Source: Squalus acanthias
Taxonomy: Eukaryota
DNA: 64,000 bases
Reading direction: 5' to 3'
Assembly: GCA_030390025.1 (NCBI GenBank)
Contig: CM059431.1
Location: forward strand, 106,642,001 to 106,706,000
Position numbers and translations under genes: made by a program. Below, piece after piece: positions 10,373 through 22,345 of the stretch; the first letter of the stretch is position 1, and every line of letters begins with the position of its first letter. The notes beneath the pieces were generated by a model, which saw only the letters and a list, made by a program, of their open reading frames with translations, had not been told where the DNA came from and did not search any database.

Positions 10373-13319
10373 ATGGCTACGGTTATTCCCACTCCCAGGG
10401 AGAGAGCCCGTCGGTTCACAGACGTGCCATTGGAAGCATTGGTGGCTGGAGTGGAGCGAAGGAGGGCAATGCTGTTTCCGGCCACTGGAAGGAGGCCCCC
10501 CACTGATGAAGGTGGAGCCGAGCACATGAGTGCAAAAGACAAGGCTGAAGCATTTGCAACAATCTTCAGCCAGAAGTGCCAAGTGGATGATCTATATCGG
10601 CCTCCTCCTGAGGACCCCACCATCACAGAAGCCAGTTTTCAGCCAATTCAATTCACTCCACGTGATATCAAGAAACGGCTGAGCGCACTGGATACAACAA
10701 AGGCTATGGGCCCCGAAAATATCCCGGCTGTCGTGCTGAAGACTTGTGCTCCAGAACTAGCCGTGCCTCTAGCCAAGCTGTTCCAGTACAGCTACAACAC
10801 TGGCATCTATCCGACAATGTGGAAAACTGCCCAGGTATGTCCTGTCCACAAAAAGCAGGACAAATCCAATCCGGCCAATTACTGCCGCATCAGTCTACTC
10901 TCAATCATAAGCAAAGTGACGGAAGGTGTCGTCAACAGTGCTACCAAGTGGCACTTACTCACCAATAACCTGCTCACTGATGCCCAGTTTGGGTTCCGCC
11001 AGGACCTCTCTGTTCCAGACCTCATTACAGCCCTGGTCCAAACAAGGAGCTGAATTCCAGAAGTGAGGTGAGAGTGACTGCCCTTGACATCAAGGCAGCA
11101 TTTGACCGAGTCTGGCATCAAGGAGCCCTAGTAAAACTGAAGTCAATGAGAATCAGGGGGGAAACTCTCCACTGGCTGGAGTCTTACCTAGCACAAAGGA
11201 AGATGGTTGTGGTGGTTGGAGGTCACTCATCACAGCCCCAGGACATCGCTGCAGGAGTTCCTCAGGGCAGTGTCCTAGGCCCAACCATCTTCAGCTGCTT
11301 CATCAATGACCTTCCCTCCAACATAAGGTCAGAAATGGGAATGTTCGCTGATGACTGCACAGTGTTCAGTGCCATTCACAACTCCTTAGATAATGAAGCA
11401 GTCCATGCCCGCATGCAACAAGACCTGGACGACATTCAGGCTTGGGCTGATAAATGGTAGGTAACATTCGCGCCACACAAGTGCCAGGCAATGACTATCT
11501 TCAACAAGCAAGAGTCTAACCACCGCCCCTTGACATTCAATGGCATTACCATCACTGAATCCCCACCATCAACATCCTGGGGGTCACCATTGACCAGCAA
11601 CTTAACTGGACCAGCCCCATAAATACTGTGGCAACAGGAACAGGTCAGAGGCTGGGTATTCTACAGCGAGTGTCTCACCTCCTGACACCCCAAAGCCTTT
11701 CCACCATCTACAAGGCACAAGTAAGGAGTGTGATGGAATACTCTCCACTTGCCTGGATGAGTGCAGCTCCAACAACACTCAAGAAGCTCGACACCATCCA
11801 GGACAAAGCAGCCTACTTAATTGGCACCCCATCCACCACCTTAAACATTCTCTCCCTCCACCACCGGCGTACCGTGGCTGCAGTGTGTACCATCTACAGG
11901 ATGCACTGAAGCAACTTGCCAAGGCTTCTTCGGCAGCACCTCCCAAATCCGCAACCTCTACCACCTAGAAGGACAAGGGCAGCAGGCGCATGGGAACACC
12001 ACCACCTCCAAGTTCCCCTCCAAGTCACACACCATCCTGATGGAAATATATCACCGTTCCTTCATCGCCGCTGGGTCAAAATTCTGGAACTCGCTCCCTA
12101 ACAGAACTATGGGAGTACCTTCACCACACGGACTGCAATGGTTCAAGAAGGTGACTCATCACCACCTTCTCAAGGGCAACTAGCGATGGGCAATAAATGC
12201 TGGCTTCGCCAGCGACGCCCACATCCCAGGAACTAACATAAAAAAAGAGAGTGAGGAAGGAGAAGAGGAGGAGGAGCAAAGCACCACGTCACTGCATCTC
12301 TCAACCGCAGGCAGCACCTCAGATGCTGGCACTACGCGATCTTTAGAGGCAAATTTAGTGGAGGGGTCTGCACTGGGTGATGCACCGGGGACGAGCAGGC
12401 TGCAGCAAGGCCAGGGCGAAAGGGCAGCTTGGGAACCAGCTCCCTGGAGGGCGAGTTCACATGTGAGTTCTGCTGCACACGACTCAGATGAGGACCTTGA
12501 TGGCGAAGCACTCACAAGAAGGGTGATGGGCATGCACACCGAGATGATAGATGCAATGGCAAGGGGGCCCGAGAGCCTCTCGGCAATGGTAAGAGTGTGG
12601 AGGAGTCCACCTCCAACATTGCACAGAGCTCTGCGTACACCATGGAACCCATCATTTCCACTGTGCAGAGGATGGTGGACGCCCAGAGAGACCGTGCGGA
12701 TCCAGACCTCATGACGCGTGTCATGGGCGATATGGAAGCTTCCATTGCAGCACCGTTGGAAGCAACGCAACGTCTTAGTGCTGTAGTGCAGGCAATGGTT
12801 GGTGCCATCGAGTCTCAGACTGCTCTCATGCAGTCTCAGCTTGATGCAGCGCAAGCTCTGACTACTGCCATCGTCACTGGGTCCACCACAGACCACCGGG
12901 GATCTCACGGTGTCTCAGCAGGCTAACAATCTGTGCTCCAGCAGATTGGTAGGGATGCTGAGGTGCTGCCCCGGGGGAGTGGGAGTGGGTCAGTGGAGCA
13001 GGAACCTGCTGTCCTCTCTCAGGATGACAGCATTCCCGATCCTACCATTGCCACTCCACTATTGCACTTGTCGCTGCCTGTCATCCAGCCAGCCCAGACT
13101 GCCGCCGCCCATGCTGAGGTGGTGCAGTGTAGAGCCGGGCCTTCCAGGCCCAGAGCTGGTCGAGGGCGTCCTGCAAGGCCATCTGTAGTTTCTGGCACTG
13201 ACACTCAGCAGCCTTCCACCCGCCCTGCTGCAGCCACTGAGGAGACACTACGTAGGAGCAGTAGATTAGGAAAGGGGACTATAAAGAGGGGAGGAAAGGG
13301 TTTGCACAAGGGTGATTAG
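10373..13319 (+). pseudogene. Harbinger Myb/SANT-like DNA-binding gene, disrupted by LINE at about 10503-12240 and by frameshift/stop
   Basis: N-terminus MATVIPTPRERARRFTDVPLEALVAGVERRRAMLFPATGRRPP resembles 42904 exon 1; ORFs 12358, 12597, 12933 end in ...QQPST..RRSSRLGKG..HKGD, also seen at 21250-21420. Confidence 0.8.
10503..12240 (+). mobile_element. 5'-truncated CR1/L2-group LINE family A with RT domain (pseudogenised)
   Basis: RT motifs [36 protein letters not shown]; stops near 11051 and 11458; family tail at 12170-12240. Confidence 0.95.
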
Positions 13320-14275
13320 TCAATATTGTTTTATATATGTGGTTAATAGTTTTTGATAAATTTATTACTGGAATGTTGCAGATTTGGTGCTGTGTCTCAT
13401 TTCAGTTCTGGGGTGTGATATGGAATCACAAAGTGATGGAATGATGGCGACGTGTTCGGCAACCGGAACGAGGACTCGAAGTCACTGGAAACGAAGTCTG
13501 ATGAGGCGGTCACGGACCGACCTTGCAGAATGCCGATTGAATGGCTGCCTCCTCCGTCGCTGCTGCTCGTCCTCCTGTTTCTCCTGCTCCTCTTTTCCAC
13601 CTCCTCCTCATCCTTCTCGTCCTCGTCCTTGTCCTCATCCTCCTCGTCCTCCTCCTCCTGAGGTGGTAGAGTTATGCCTGGTGGCAATGGCTGCACCCCC
13701 ATGATGGTCAAGTTGTGCAGCATGCAGCAGACGACGACGAAAAGGGACACTCGCTCAGCCGAGTACTGGAGGGCTCCTCCCGAGCGGTCAAGGCAGCGGA
13801 ACTATTGCTTGAGCACTCCGAAGGTCTGCTCAATGATGTTCCTGGTGGCAGCATGGCTCTCATTGTATGAGTGTTGGCCAGGAGTCTTGGGGTTGCTAAG
13901 GGGAGTCATGAGCTGATAGCCCTTGTCTCCCAGCAGCCAGCCACAAGCTTGATGTGGTGGCTGGAATAGAGCTGGCACACTGGTCTGGCGCAGGATGAAG
14001 GCATCGTGGCTGCTGCCAGGATAGCGGGCATTGATGGTCAGGATTCGCTGTGTGTGGTCGCACACTAACTGCACATTAAGTGAGTGGTTGCCTTTGCGGT
14101 TACGGAATACCTCAGGATTGTTATGAGGTGCCCGCAAAGCGACATGGGTGCAGTCAATGGCACCCTGCACCATGGGGAAGCCCGCTATCCTGGCAAAGCT
14201 ACATGCACGCTCGTGCTGCTTCTCTCTAGTCATGGGGAAGGAAATGTAATCCCTTCTCCTTTTGTACAGAGCATC

Positions 14276-14728
14276 TGGCTCAGTGGGTAGCACAACTCGC
14301 CTCTGAGTCAGAAGGTTGTGGGCTCAAGTCCCACTCTAGGGACTTGAGCACATAACGCTAGGCTGACAGTATAGTGCTGAGGGAGTGCTGCACTGTCGGA
14401 GGTGCCATCTTTTGGATGAGATGTTAAACCAAGGCCCCGTCTACTCTCTCAGGTGGACGTAAAAGATCCCATGACAATTTTTCGAAGAAGAGCAGGGGAG
14501 TTATCCCCGGTGTCCTGGCCAATATTTATCCCTCAACCAACATAACAAAAACTGATTATCTGCTCATTATCACATTTCTGTTTGTGGGAGCTTGCTGTGC
14601 GCAAATTGGCTGCTGCGTTTCCCACATTACAACAGTGAATACACTTCAAAAGTACTTCATTGGCTGTAAAGCGCTTTGAGACGTCCGGTGTTCGTCAAAG
14701 GTGCTATAGAAATGCAAGGCTTTCTTTC
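14276..14728 (+). mobile_element. Near full-length tRNA-derived Deu-domain SINE (SacSINE1/AmnSINE1-like) with L2-like tail
   Basis: A box TGGCTCAGTGG, B-box-like GGCTCAAGTCC, Deu-like core CAGGTGGACGTAAAAGATCCCATG..GAAGAAGAGCAGGGGAGTT, tail AAAGCGCTTTG..GCTATAGAAATGCAAG. Confidence 0.85.
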
Positions 14729-15449
14729 TGGCAGATAGAGCAATGGACGGCAAACTGGGAGATGTTGGAGATGTCGCCTGTCGCACACTGGAATGATCCA
14801 CTGGCGTAGAAATAGAGGGCGACGGTGACCTTGACTGACACTGAAAGAGCCGTGGTGGTCCTGATCTGAGGCTCGAGGTCTGGCTGCAGGAGGTGGCAGA
14901 GCTCTGTGAGGTGCATTGGCCCAGAAATTAGGCTCCCTGGCTTCCCGCGGGTGCAAGGATCCCGCGCGCACCTACCTACCGCGCCTGCCGTTGACCTCTG
15001 GGCCCACGGGGACTTCAGCTCCTGGGCCTCCTGCAGCTGCCGGCGCGCAGTGCTTGTGTATCCCAGGGGCGTAGTTAGTGCGATGCATCCCCTGGGATCA
15101 CGTGGGCCATGGAGAGCCAATGGCAGCAGACCATCTTTCATTCATAGATTTGACAGGAAGACCTGTCAAATCTATGAATACAAATCGGCCCCAAAACCGC
15201 CCTAAAACTACAAATAAATTTTAAAAAAAAGCCATCGCATTTTTAAAATAGCTATAAGTTAAATAAATTAACTACTTTAACCAAAATTTTAATTTTTGAA
15301 AAAATTAAAATACTTTTTAACAGTGCTAAAAATAAACTTACCTTTCTTTAAAGTATCTAAAAAAGATAAACCTGTTGAAAACATTTTGAAATTGTAATTA
15401 ATTAACCACTTACTTTGTTAAAAACGGGTCTTGCGCCTCCTTTTTAAAA

Positions 15450-15696
15450 ATGAGAAGTCGCACAACACCAGGTTATAGTCCAACAGATTTATTTAATTTT
15501 ACAAGCTTTCGGAGCTGTCACTCCTTCCTCAGGTAAGTTAGCAGTGAGAGAATCTCTCACTGCTAACTTACCTGAGGAAGGAGCGACAGCTCCGAAAGCT
15601 TGTAAAATTAAATAAATCTGTTGGACTATAACCTGGTGTTGTGCGACTTCTCATTTTTGTCCACCCCAGTCCAACGCCGGCATCTCCACATCATGA
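15450..15696. mobile_element. Palindromic Penelope-terminal-repeat element with 13-bp TSD CTCCTTTTTAAAA
   Basis: Inverted repeat 15446-15658 (106-bp arms, 1 mismatch); TSD at 15437-15449 and 15697-15709; absent from MITE copy 1; right arm matches 51330-51440. Confidence 0.85.
15568..15605 (+). ncRNA. Minimal type I hammerhead ribozyme motif (family X); mirror copy on - strand at 15499-15536
   Basis: UUAC-CUGAGGA-A-GGAGC gaca GCUCC-GAAA-GCUU-GUAA: stem I UUAC/GUAA, stem II 5 bp, palindromic AGCU in place of stem III. Confidence 0.8.
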
Positions 15697-16936
15697 CTCC
15701 TTTTTAAAAGCGCAGCTTCTCCATACTTACCCTCCCGGAGAAACCTGAAAAAAACCCGAAGTTTGCTGCGTGCGCGCAGCCTCTCCCGCGCACGCGGTTC
15801 ACCTCTGAATCCCTCCCTTCAGGGGAACGGAAGTTCCGGTTTCCCACGCATGCGCAGTGCATGCAGGAAACCGGCACTTCAGGTGGCCTTATGGGTGACT
15901 ACACAGCGCGTACTCACCCGGCAAGTGCCGAATTTCTGGCCCAATATCCTTGGTCAAGCGGAACCTTCTAACCCACTGGTCCTCAGTGAAGTTCATGTAG
16001 GAGAACTGCTGCCGGAATACCCTGGGAGGGTAAGGCCTCCTGTTGAGAGCCCTGTTGGCCCTCCTCCCTCTGGCCACATTTTGCACTCTTTCTTTGTGCC
16101 TCAGTTGCTTCCGATGTTGACGCTGGAGGGTGAGGTCGAGTGCCAGTACAGCCCCCATGAAAGGATCCAAATATTGCACTTTCAGGTCTCCTGTCAATGA
16201 ACCTGAAGAATCTTTATGTGCCAGAACACTCGTTAAAATGCAATACGCTCAAATCGGTCAAAAGGCCTCTTTGCCGACGTGAAACTTACAACGCAGCATT
16301 GTTGGTCAACGGAAACTTACCTGGATGTTGCGCCTTTAAATAGCGCTCCTCCAGGGGACATCCGAGTGAAAACCGCCTCCTCTACCTGTTAACGGCAGAT
16401 GCACAAGCAGGGAGCGAGAGGAAAATTTTCATCCGCTACCGGGGTGCTGCGCATGGCAATGATGTCATGATCTCTGGGCGCAGGAGATCAGGGCGCAACG
16501 TATTACTACCGTTGCAAAATTCCCGCCTAATTTAGCGGGAGGCGTTGATATCGCCGCGCCCGGTTACAAACCCATTTGTGCCCCGTTAACGACCCCCAGC
16601 GGCGCTAACGGGAGGCGCAAAGGAGCACAATTTCTAGCCTTTTGTGTAGTTTTGACCTTCTGGTAGATAAATCTTTTCTGTACATGTAAGGAGACAAAAC
16701 AGCTTATGTTCTGCCTTGAGATCCACTATGTAACTTGCAGCCACTGATAAGACACAGAGACAACAACTCTGTGGAATGAGGAGCTAATGGTAGTTGATGT
16801 AACTGAGGGCAAAGGTGATGGAAGACATCTGAGGTAATGACCTTTAGCTTAGGGTATAATTGCCTACATTTGTCATAGGACATGAGGAAGACCAGGGTTG
16901 GTCACACTGCTCCTGAGCACAGTAACTGTAACATGA

Positions 16937-18680
16937 GGGCCGCGATTTCACCTACCGAGGGGGGTCCGGGACGGCCGGGGTCGGTGGCGCAGTGCGACCC
17001 CACTTCTGGCTCCTTCCCGCTCTGTGAAAAGATTTTATGTTGATTGGGCTTGTTAAGCCTGCCCAGCGCGTTTCCCGGCCAATTGAAGGAAGCGAGTCTG
17101 ATGACCTCATTTGATGATGCGTCATCAGCCGGTTTCCTTAATTCCACATTCATTTTGACAGTTGTGCTGTCAGTGTTCTACAACATTGAGGTGCTGCAAA
17201 CACTGACAAGCACTGCACAGAGGTGCACGGCTGTACCCAGGCTCTTCCATGACTCCCTCCATATGCAGGGAGGTTCTCTTCCCTTCCCATTGGCGGAAGA
17301 GACCTTTCCAGGACACCAATGCAGCCTGATTGCACATTGCACAGGAGGATACAAGCAGGGATGTTGTCAGGAGGACCAGGCTGCAGTGGCGCAAACCTTT
17401 CAATGATCCCAGTAGATTATGAAATGTTACTGCAAAGCCACACTCAACGTCATCTTACTGTGACACTCATCACATTCCCATCACTCTACCTTCCCTACCC
17501 TACTCCTGCACATCCTTACTCACAATAACTTACCTTGCACCTCCACCCATCCCTCTCTATCTACATTATATCGTCCCCATCTCATTAGCCACCCCTCACA
17601 CTCACCCTCATCCTTGTCCAATCATACCAACTAACAACACACAAGGGCAGGCACTTGGGTGTTTTAGCCAATGTTCATGTAAAGTTTCTGTTGATGTGCT
17701 GTCAAACATTGAAATCTTTATTTTCAACACTGCATTCTTGGACAGATTTGTGTGCACCTTTGGAAGTGGCTTACTGAGTTGCAGTGAATGGTGAGACATA
17801 ACAGTACCCCCCGCAATAGCGATGAGTGTGAAAGGAATGGTTTGGACATTGTAGCGATGCTTTATGATTTTGGTGTGGGGTGGTGCCAACCTGGCCCATC
17901 ATGTGACAGCCAGGGTGTACAGCATCAAGTGAAGTAAATCTGGCTATGGTGAGGCCATCCCTGGCGTCCTGGGTAGCAATGTGGTCTGGTGCTGATGCCC
18001 TGTGTCCTGTGCAGCATCAGTTGATTGCGGAGAAGGTTGGTGTTGTTGTTGGTGCTGCTGGTGTGCCTGGTGATGCTGGTGTTGGGGCTGATCATGGTGG
18101 GATTCTGAAGACCAAGGTGAGAGAGTGTAAACCGTACCCATTCTGATATAATAGATGGCAGGTGAAGGTGAGATGACAGACGCAAATCTGTCAATGCTGA
18201 GAGAGGTTGTTCCAATGAGGTGGCACTGGAGAGAGAGTTTGCTCCAAACACTTGCAAGCAGCATAAAGCTCAATCTGTCTTCCAAATGCAGTAAGCAACA
18301 GTTTCTGAGCTTGGAAAGTGAACAGCTGTGAGACGGGAGCTTTTATGCAACTTTTACGGCTATCAGGTAATCAGATAAGTCAATGCTGAATCCACTCACA
18401 ACATGCTGAGCTGACATGTTCCCCGAGCAGCGTGTAACCCGTTGGGGAATACGTAAAATTGAAAGGTAAGCTTAAGCCTCTTAACAAGCTCTCTAATGAT
18501 GTAAATTGCCTCCCCTGCCGTTTGGTTTCGGGTCTGTTCAGCGATGACAGACCCATCATCTGGGAGACTAGCGTGGCAGCGGGTTGACAGCAGGTTCCCT
18601 ACCCACTGTCAAAAAAAATAATTTTCCCACCCGACCCGCCACCAAACGCACCCGCTGACCCCCTCGATATCTCCCGCAGC
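16937..18680. mobile_element. Internally deleted Harbinger derivative B
   Basis: Degenerate Myb (REVLFPSHWRKRP..LHIAQE..RRTRLQWRKPFND, about 17210-17415, +) and transposase N-terminus MGTVYTLSPWSSES..QPQHQ..DAAQ (18141 to 17940, -) homologous to 40937; GC-rich subterminal arms; exact ends uncertain. Confidence 0.75.
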
Positions 18681-18899
18681 CGTCAAAGCACTGCTGCATG
18701 TGTTGTCTGTGAATATAGTTTCCTCTAGTAAATCTATAAGCACGTTCTTTATAAGCAAACTCTCATTCCTGACACATAGGCAACAGCTCCAAGCTTGTCT
18801 CGAGCAGCATATCTACCCGAAATATTACCTGTCACTTGTCAGCCCAAGATGCAGACTGGTCCTGGACCAGCTATTGTTGACAATGTTTCCGAATATCAT

Positions 18900-19600
18900 G
18901 ATGAAGTTATTCACACTAGAATGTCTTTGAAAATGACAAGTGATGTAAGAAAGTGATGGAAGGATAACATTCGGAGAATGTCATAATATTAACAATTGGG
19001 TGAATGAGGAGCAGTTTGTATTTAATGTTGAAAAATGTAAAGAAATGCACATTCGTGCTCAAAATAGCAACAAGGATTATAAAATGAGTGTTAAAGGGAT
19101 CATTTTCTGGGCATGCAATGGTCCCGGGAACCTCACCCACTATAAATATGTACTGGAAAATGACCACCCAAATTCATAAATAAAGTAAATTGGGAGAAAA
19201 TGTTGTATGGTAATTGGTGAAATTTTGAAAGCATCACATAATATGGGAATGCTTACAGGGGCAACTACATTGTTGGGTGTATAAGTATTCAGTGCAATAT
19301 TTAAATTGAAGTCAAAAAGGCCACATGTGGAGAATTGTGCCCAATACTTATAAAAATACATATCGACAGCGAAAGGATTCAGAGAAGAGAGACAATTTTG
19401 ATTCCAGTTTTTTAAAATTATTATTGAACGAGGGAGGCTAAGGAAGCCAACTCAGTTCCTCTTGAGAAAAAAAAGATCAAGAAGAGCATAATGAATGACG
19501 GTAATCAATAAGATGGATGTAGACAGGCATATTGTACTGAACCAAGGGAAATCAGTAGGAGCGAACTAAACCATAGGTTTTAACCTAAGGAGATGTTAGC
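18900..19600 (+). mobile_element. Very old CR1 ORF2 remnant
   Basis: Traces of FNVEKCK..H, RPHVENCAQ and IQRR motifs across frameshifts. Confidence 0.5.
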
Positions 19601-19610
19601 GATGTTCATA

Positions 19611-19810
19611 AGGGGAGCTGGGCATGTGTTGGAACAGTGTCATTTCACCTCTGGGTCTTGGGCTTGAATCATGCTCATACTGATGTGATGAACATCTTAA
19701 TGTACTAGCTGTGAGAGTCTCATACTTGGGCAGTCTCAACCCAGTTCCCACATTGTATCTGGCTTGCATTATACCAGACGTGGCATGCTTTGATAGTGGC
19801 ACTGAGGACA
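19611..19810 (+). mobile_element. Possible degenerate LF-SINE-like tRNA SINE
   Basis: TTTCACCTCTGGGTC..GAATCATGCTCA..GTCTCAACCCAGTTCC resembles my recollection of the LF-SINE 5' half; not verified. Confidence 0.35.
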
Positions 19811-20309
19811 GAAAGAAAGAAAGGGTTTTATTCCCCAGCAGTCACATCCTTCAACATGATGAGCTGTAAAACCACTCCTTTTTCTCTCATGGGTAAGAGA
19901 TCCCATTAAAGAGTCAACCTTCTTGTAGAGAGCCCCTCAGATGACATTAATTATGGAAACATTGAGTTTAAAGTGAGACTACCAGTCATTTCCCTTGAAA
20001 TACATTCATAGTTGGGGACAAGGGTCATGCTTAATTGGTTGTTGCGCAAATGTTGTGTTATACTGGTGCGCTGTTTCTGGTTATACACACAGTGTAGAAT
20101 GATCCTCCAAGTTATTCACTTAGTATTTATATTAATGTAGAAGTTGCATAGAAATGCATTTTTATGTTTATTTTAAAGCAATTTGGTTGTAAACAATTTG
20201 TTATTCTTGGATGTCAGGTCAGCAAGTTCAGTTTAACAAATAAATGACAAAATCCAAATGGAGGGTTGAAAGCAGCTACAGGCCCCAGAATCTTTCTTGA
20301 GCTATTGGC

Positions 20310-22345
20310 TTTCTTTGCTAAGAAATTGGGTTAAAGTTTGGAGACCGTTAAAAACCTGCCGGTGCCACCGCGGGCCGGAGTTAACGGCCACTGGAATCAA
20401 TGGCGCTGGCAGGACCAGGATATTGGTGCTGGCTGCTAATTAACATTAGCCCAGCGCTAAACTTACTGTGTAAAGCTGGTTTTCGGGCAGTAGTCAGAGC
20501 TCAACTGCCTTCTGAAAAAAAAAATTAACGTTAAAAAGAATTCCCAAATGGCCCAGTCTCAGCTCTTAAAGCTGAATTGCCTTCTGCACCAAATAAAAAA
20601 GGGACAAGTGCTTCAGCACTGACACAAATGGCTCAGCAAGCCAGGGAAGGAAGGGGCACCCAGCATTTTGTATGCGGCACTCCAGCTTTGTGCAGGGGGT
20701 CAACACTGCAAGAGAGGTCCTCTACCCACAGGGGCCAGGAGGCCCTCTAGAAATAACGATGTGGGAGTACATCACCGAGGTCGTCACTGCCAGCAGTGCT
20801 GCCCCCACGACCTGGCTCCAGTGCCCAAAGTAGCTTCATGACCTCAGACCAGTGGTCAAGGTCAGTGAATGCATCTTCAAAAGCCGTCTCCTACCAACTG
20901 CACCACTAGCCTCAGACATTTCTCAATGCACAATTCCCCCCCCCAATCACTCACCTACCAACAATCTGTACCAAACAGGAGGCACACCTCCCATTCCTAG
21001 CTTCACCTCACCCCCTTGGAGGAAACGGTGCTGCCATTCTTGGAAAAAAGATGCTGCTATCCTCATACATTATCCTCCTTCTGGCATGCACCTCTTGCTT
21101 TCCTACCCTCCCCTCACCACAACCCCACCCTTGTGCCTTCCTCATTTCACACACCCAAGAAATGCAGCCTGCTCAGCCAATGGTTGACCAAGAAGAGAGA
21201 GAGAGGAGAGTAAAGAAGAAGAAGAAACACCGTCATTCGATTTCACACTCCCAGCCACCAGCCCCTCCAGCAAGGCCATTTTCAGTGTCCCCCACTGAAA
21301 GTCAGCAGCCTTCCACCAGCCATGCTGCAGCCACTGGGGTCGCACTGCGTGACATCAGTAGGATAGGCAAAGGCACACACAACACAGCCACTAAGGGAAT
21401 GCTTAAGGGTGATGAGTTGATTTCTTGATGTCATATTGGATGGATAGGTGTATAAAGTTGGATTGGAAAGTTTACTTTGTGGTGGCTTTTATTTCAGCAT
21501 TGTGGCCAAGAGGATGCTGTAATAGTCAGTAACAGAGGGACGGTAAGGTGTGGGACAAAGGTTGAAAGTGGAATTGGGGTTGTGGTCACTGGTACCGCAG
21601 GTGGATGATTCCATCCCAGATATCCCAGCCAGAAAGGGGCTGTCAGAGTTGCATCTTTCCTTCTGCATCCTCCTCTTCCGCTTCCTCCTCTTCCACTTCC
21701 TCCTCTTCTGATTCCTCCTCTTCTGCTCCTTCCTCTTCTGCGACTCTGCGAGTCGATGCTGGAAATCTGAAATAAAAGCAGAAAATGCTGGAAATACTCA
21801 GCAGGTCAGGCAGCATCTTGACCTGAGACGTAAACTGTGGTTTTCTGTCCACAGATGCTGCCTGACCTGTTGAGTATTTCCAGCATTTTCTGTCTTCTCA
21901 GAGGCCTTCCTTTACCATCTGAGGCCTTGCAAATTTCCAGCAGCACTCCATTCACACTTAAAAAACTTTTAACATGGATTGCACCAAGCCACTACTTCAA
22001 TAAAATATAAAAAATTCCAGTCCAAAAGCTTAAATGCAAACTTACCTGAAGATGTGTGTGTCCCTTTAAGAAGTGCTGACAGCGTCTCTGTCAGTCTGCT
22101 GCACGCTCGCTTTTCAGAGCGAGCTTAGGACCCAGCGCTGAACTCAACGCAAAGGTCCAAGTTTGCAGAGCATGGCGTTAAGTCGGCGTGCACGTCACGC
22201 TCTCCATATTTGCATGTCCAGGGCCACTGACCCCACCAAAATGGCGGCCGCCGATTCCCCCGGCAGAGAATGGCACTACAGTGGCGGCCGCCATTTTTTT
22301 CAGGAAACTGGTGGTAACTCGTGACGGTAATCTTTCCCCCGAAAT
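20310..22345. mobile_element. Internally deleted Harbinger derivative C
   Basis: Degenerate Myb exon 1 at 20628-20860 (REVLYPQG..WEYITEVVTASS..TWLQCPK..HDLRPVVK|GTCAGT), Myb C-terminus at 21250-21420, acidic transposase tail on - at 21600-21740; ends approximate. Confidence 0.7.
21755..21895. mobile_element. Hairpin remnant of Penelope terminal repeat (family Y)
   Basis: CAGAAAATGCTGGAAATACTCAGCAGGTCAGGCAGCATCT and its reverse complement around a partial hammerhead 3' half. Confidence 0.8.

Larger units (their letters stand above)
14918..15942 (-). mobile_element. Harbinger-type MITE M1, copy 2, inserted in transposase A
   Basis: Reverse complement of 2724-3486; TIRs GGCCCAGAAATT / AATTTCTGGCCC; flanks ATT/AAT. 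Confidence 0.9.
13482..16158 (-). pseudogene. Harbinger (HARBI1-like DDE) transposase, split by a SINE and a MITE, with acidic C-terminal tail
   Basis: Joined ORFs: MGAVL..YPPRVFRQQFSY..RFRLTKD | LTELC..KVTVALYFYASGSFQ..GDISNISQ | [68 protein letters not shown]. Confidence 0.95.
10042..16640. mobile_element. PIF/Harbinger DNA transposon A (two convergent genes) carrying four nested insertions
   Basis: Imperfect TIRs GGGGGTGAAATTG / CAATTTCTAGCCT, TTT on both flanks, Myb/SANT gene on + and DDE transposase on -. Confidence 0.8.

Noticed and set aside
14276..14350. tRNA gene
   Set aside because: A/B boxes continue into a Deu SINE body present in several copies; no clear cloverleaf.
15446..15658. 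miRNA precursor or assembly artefact
   Set aside because: The arm is homologous to a Penelope end at 51330 and is flanked by a TSD within a known MITE; it is too long and perfect for a typical pre-miRNA. siRNA production is not excluded.
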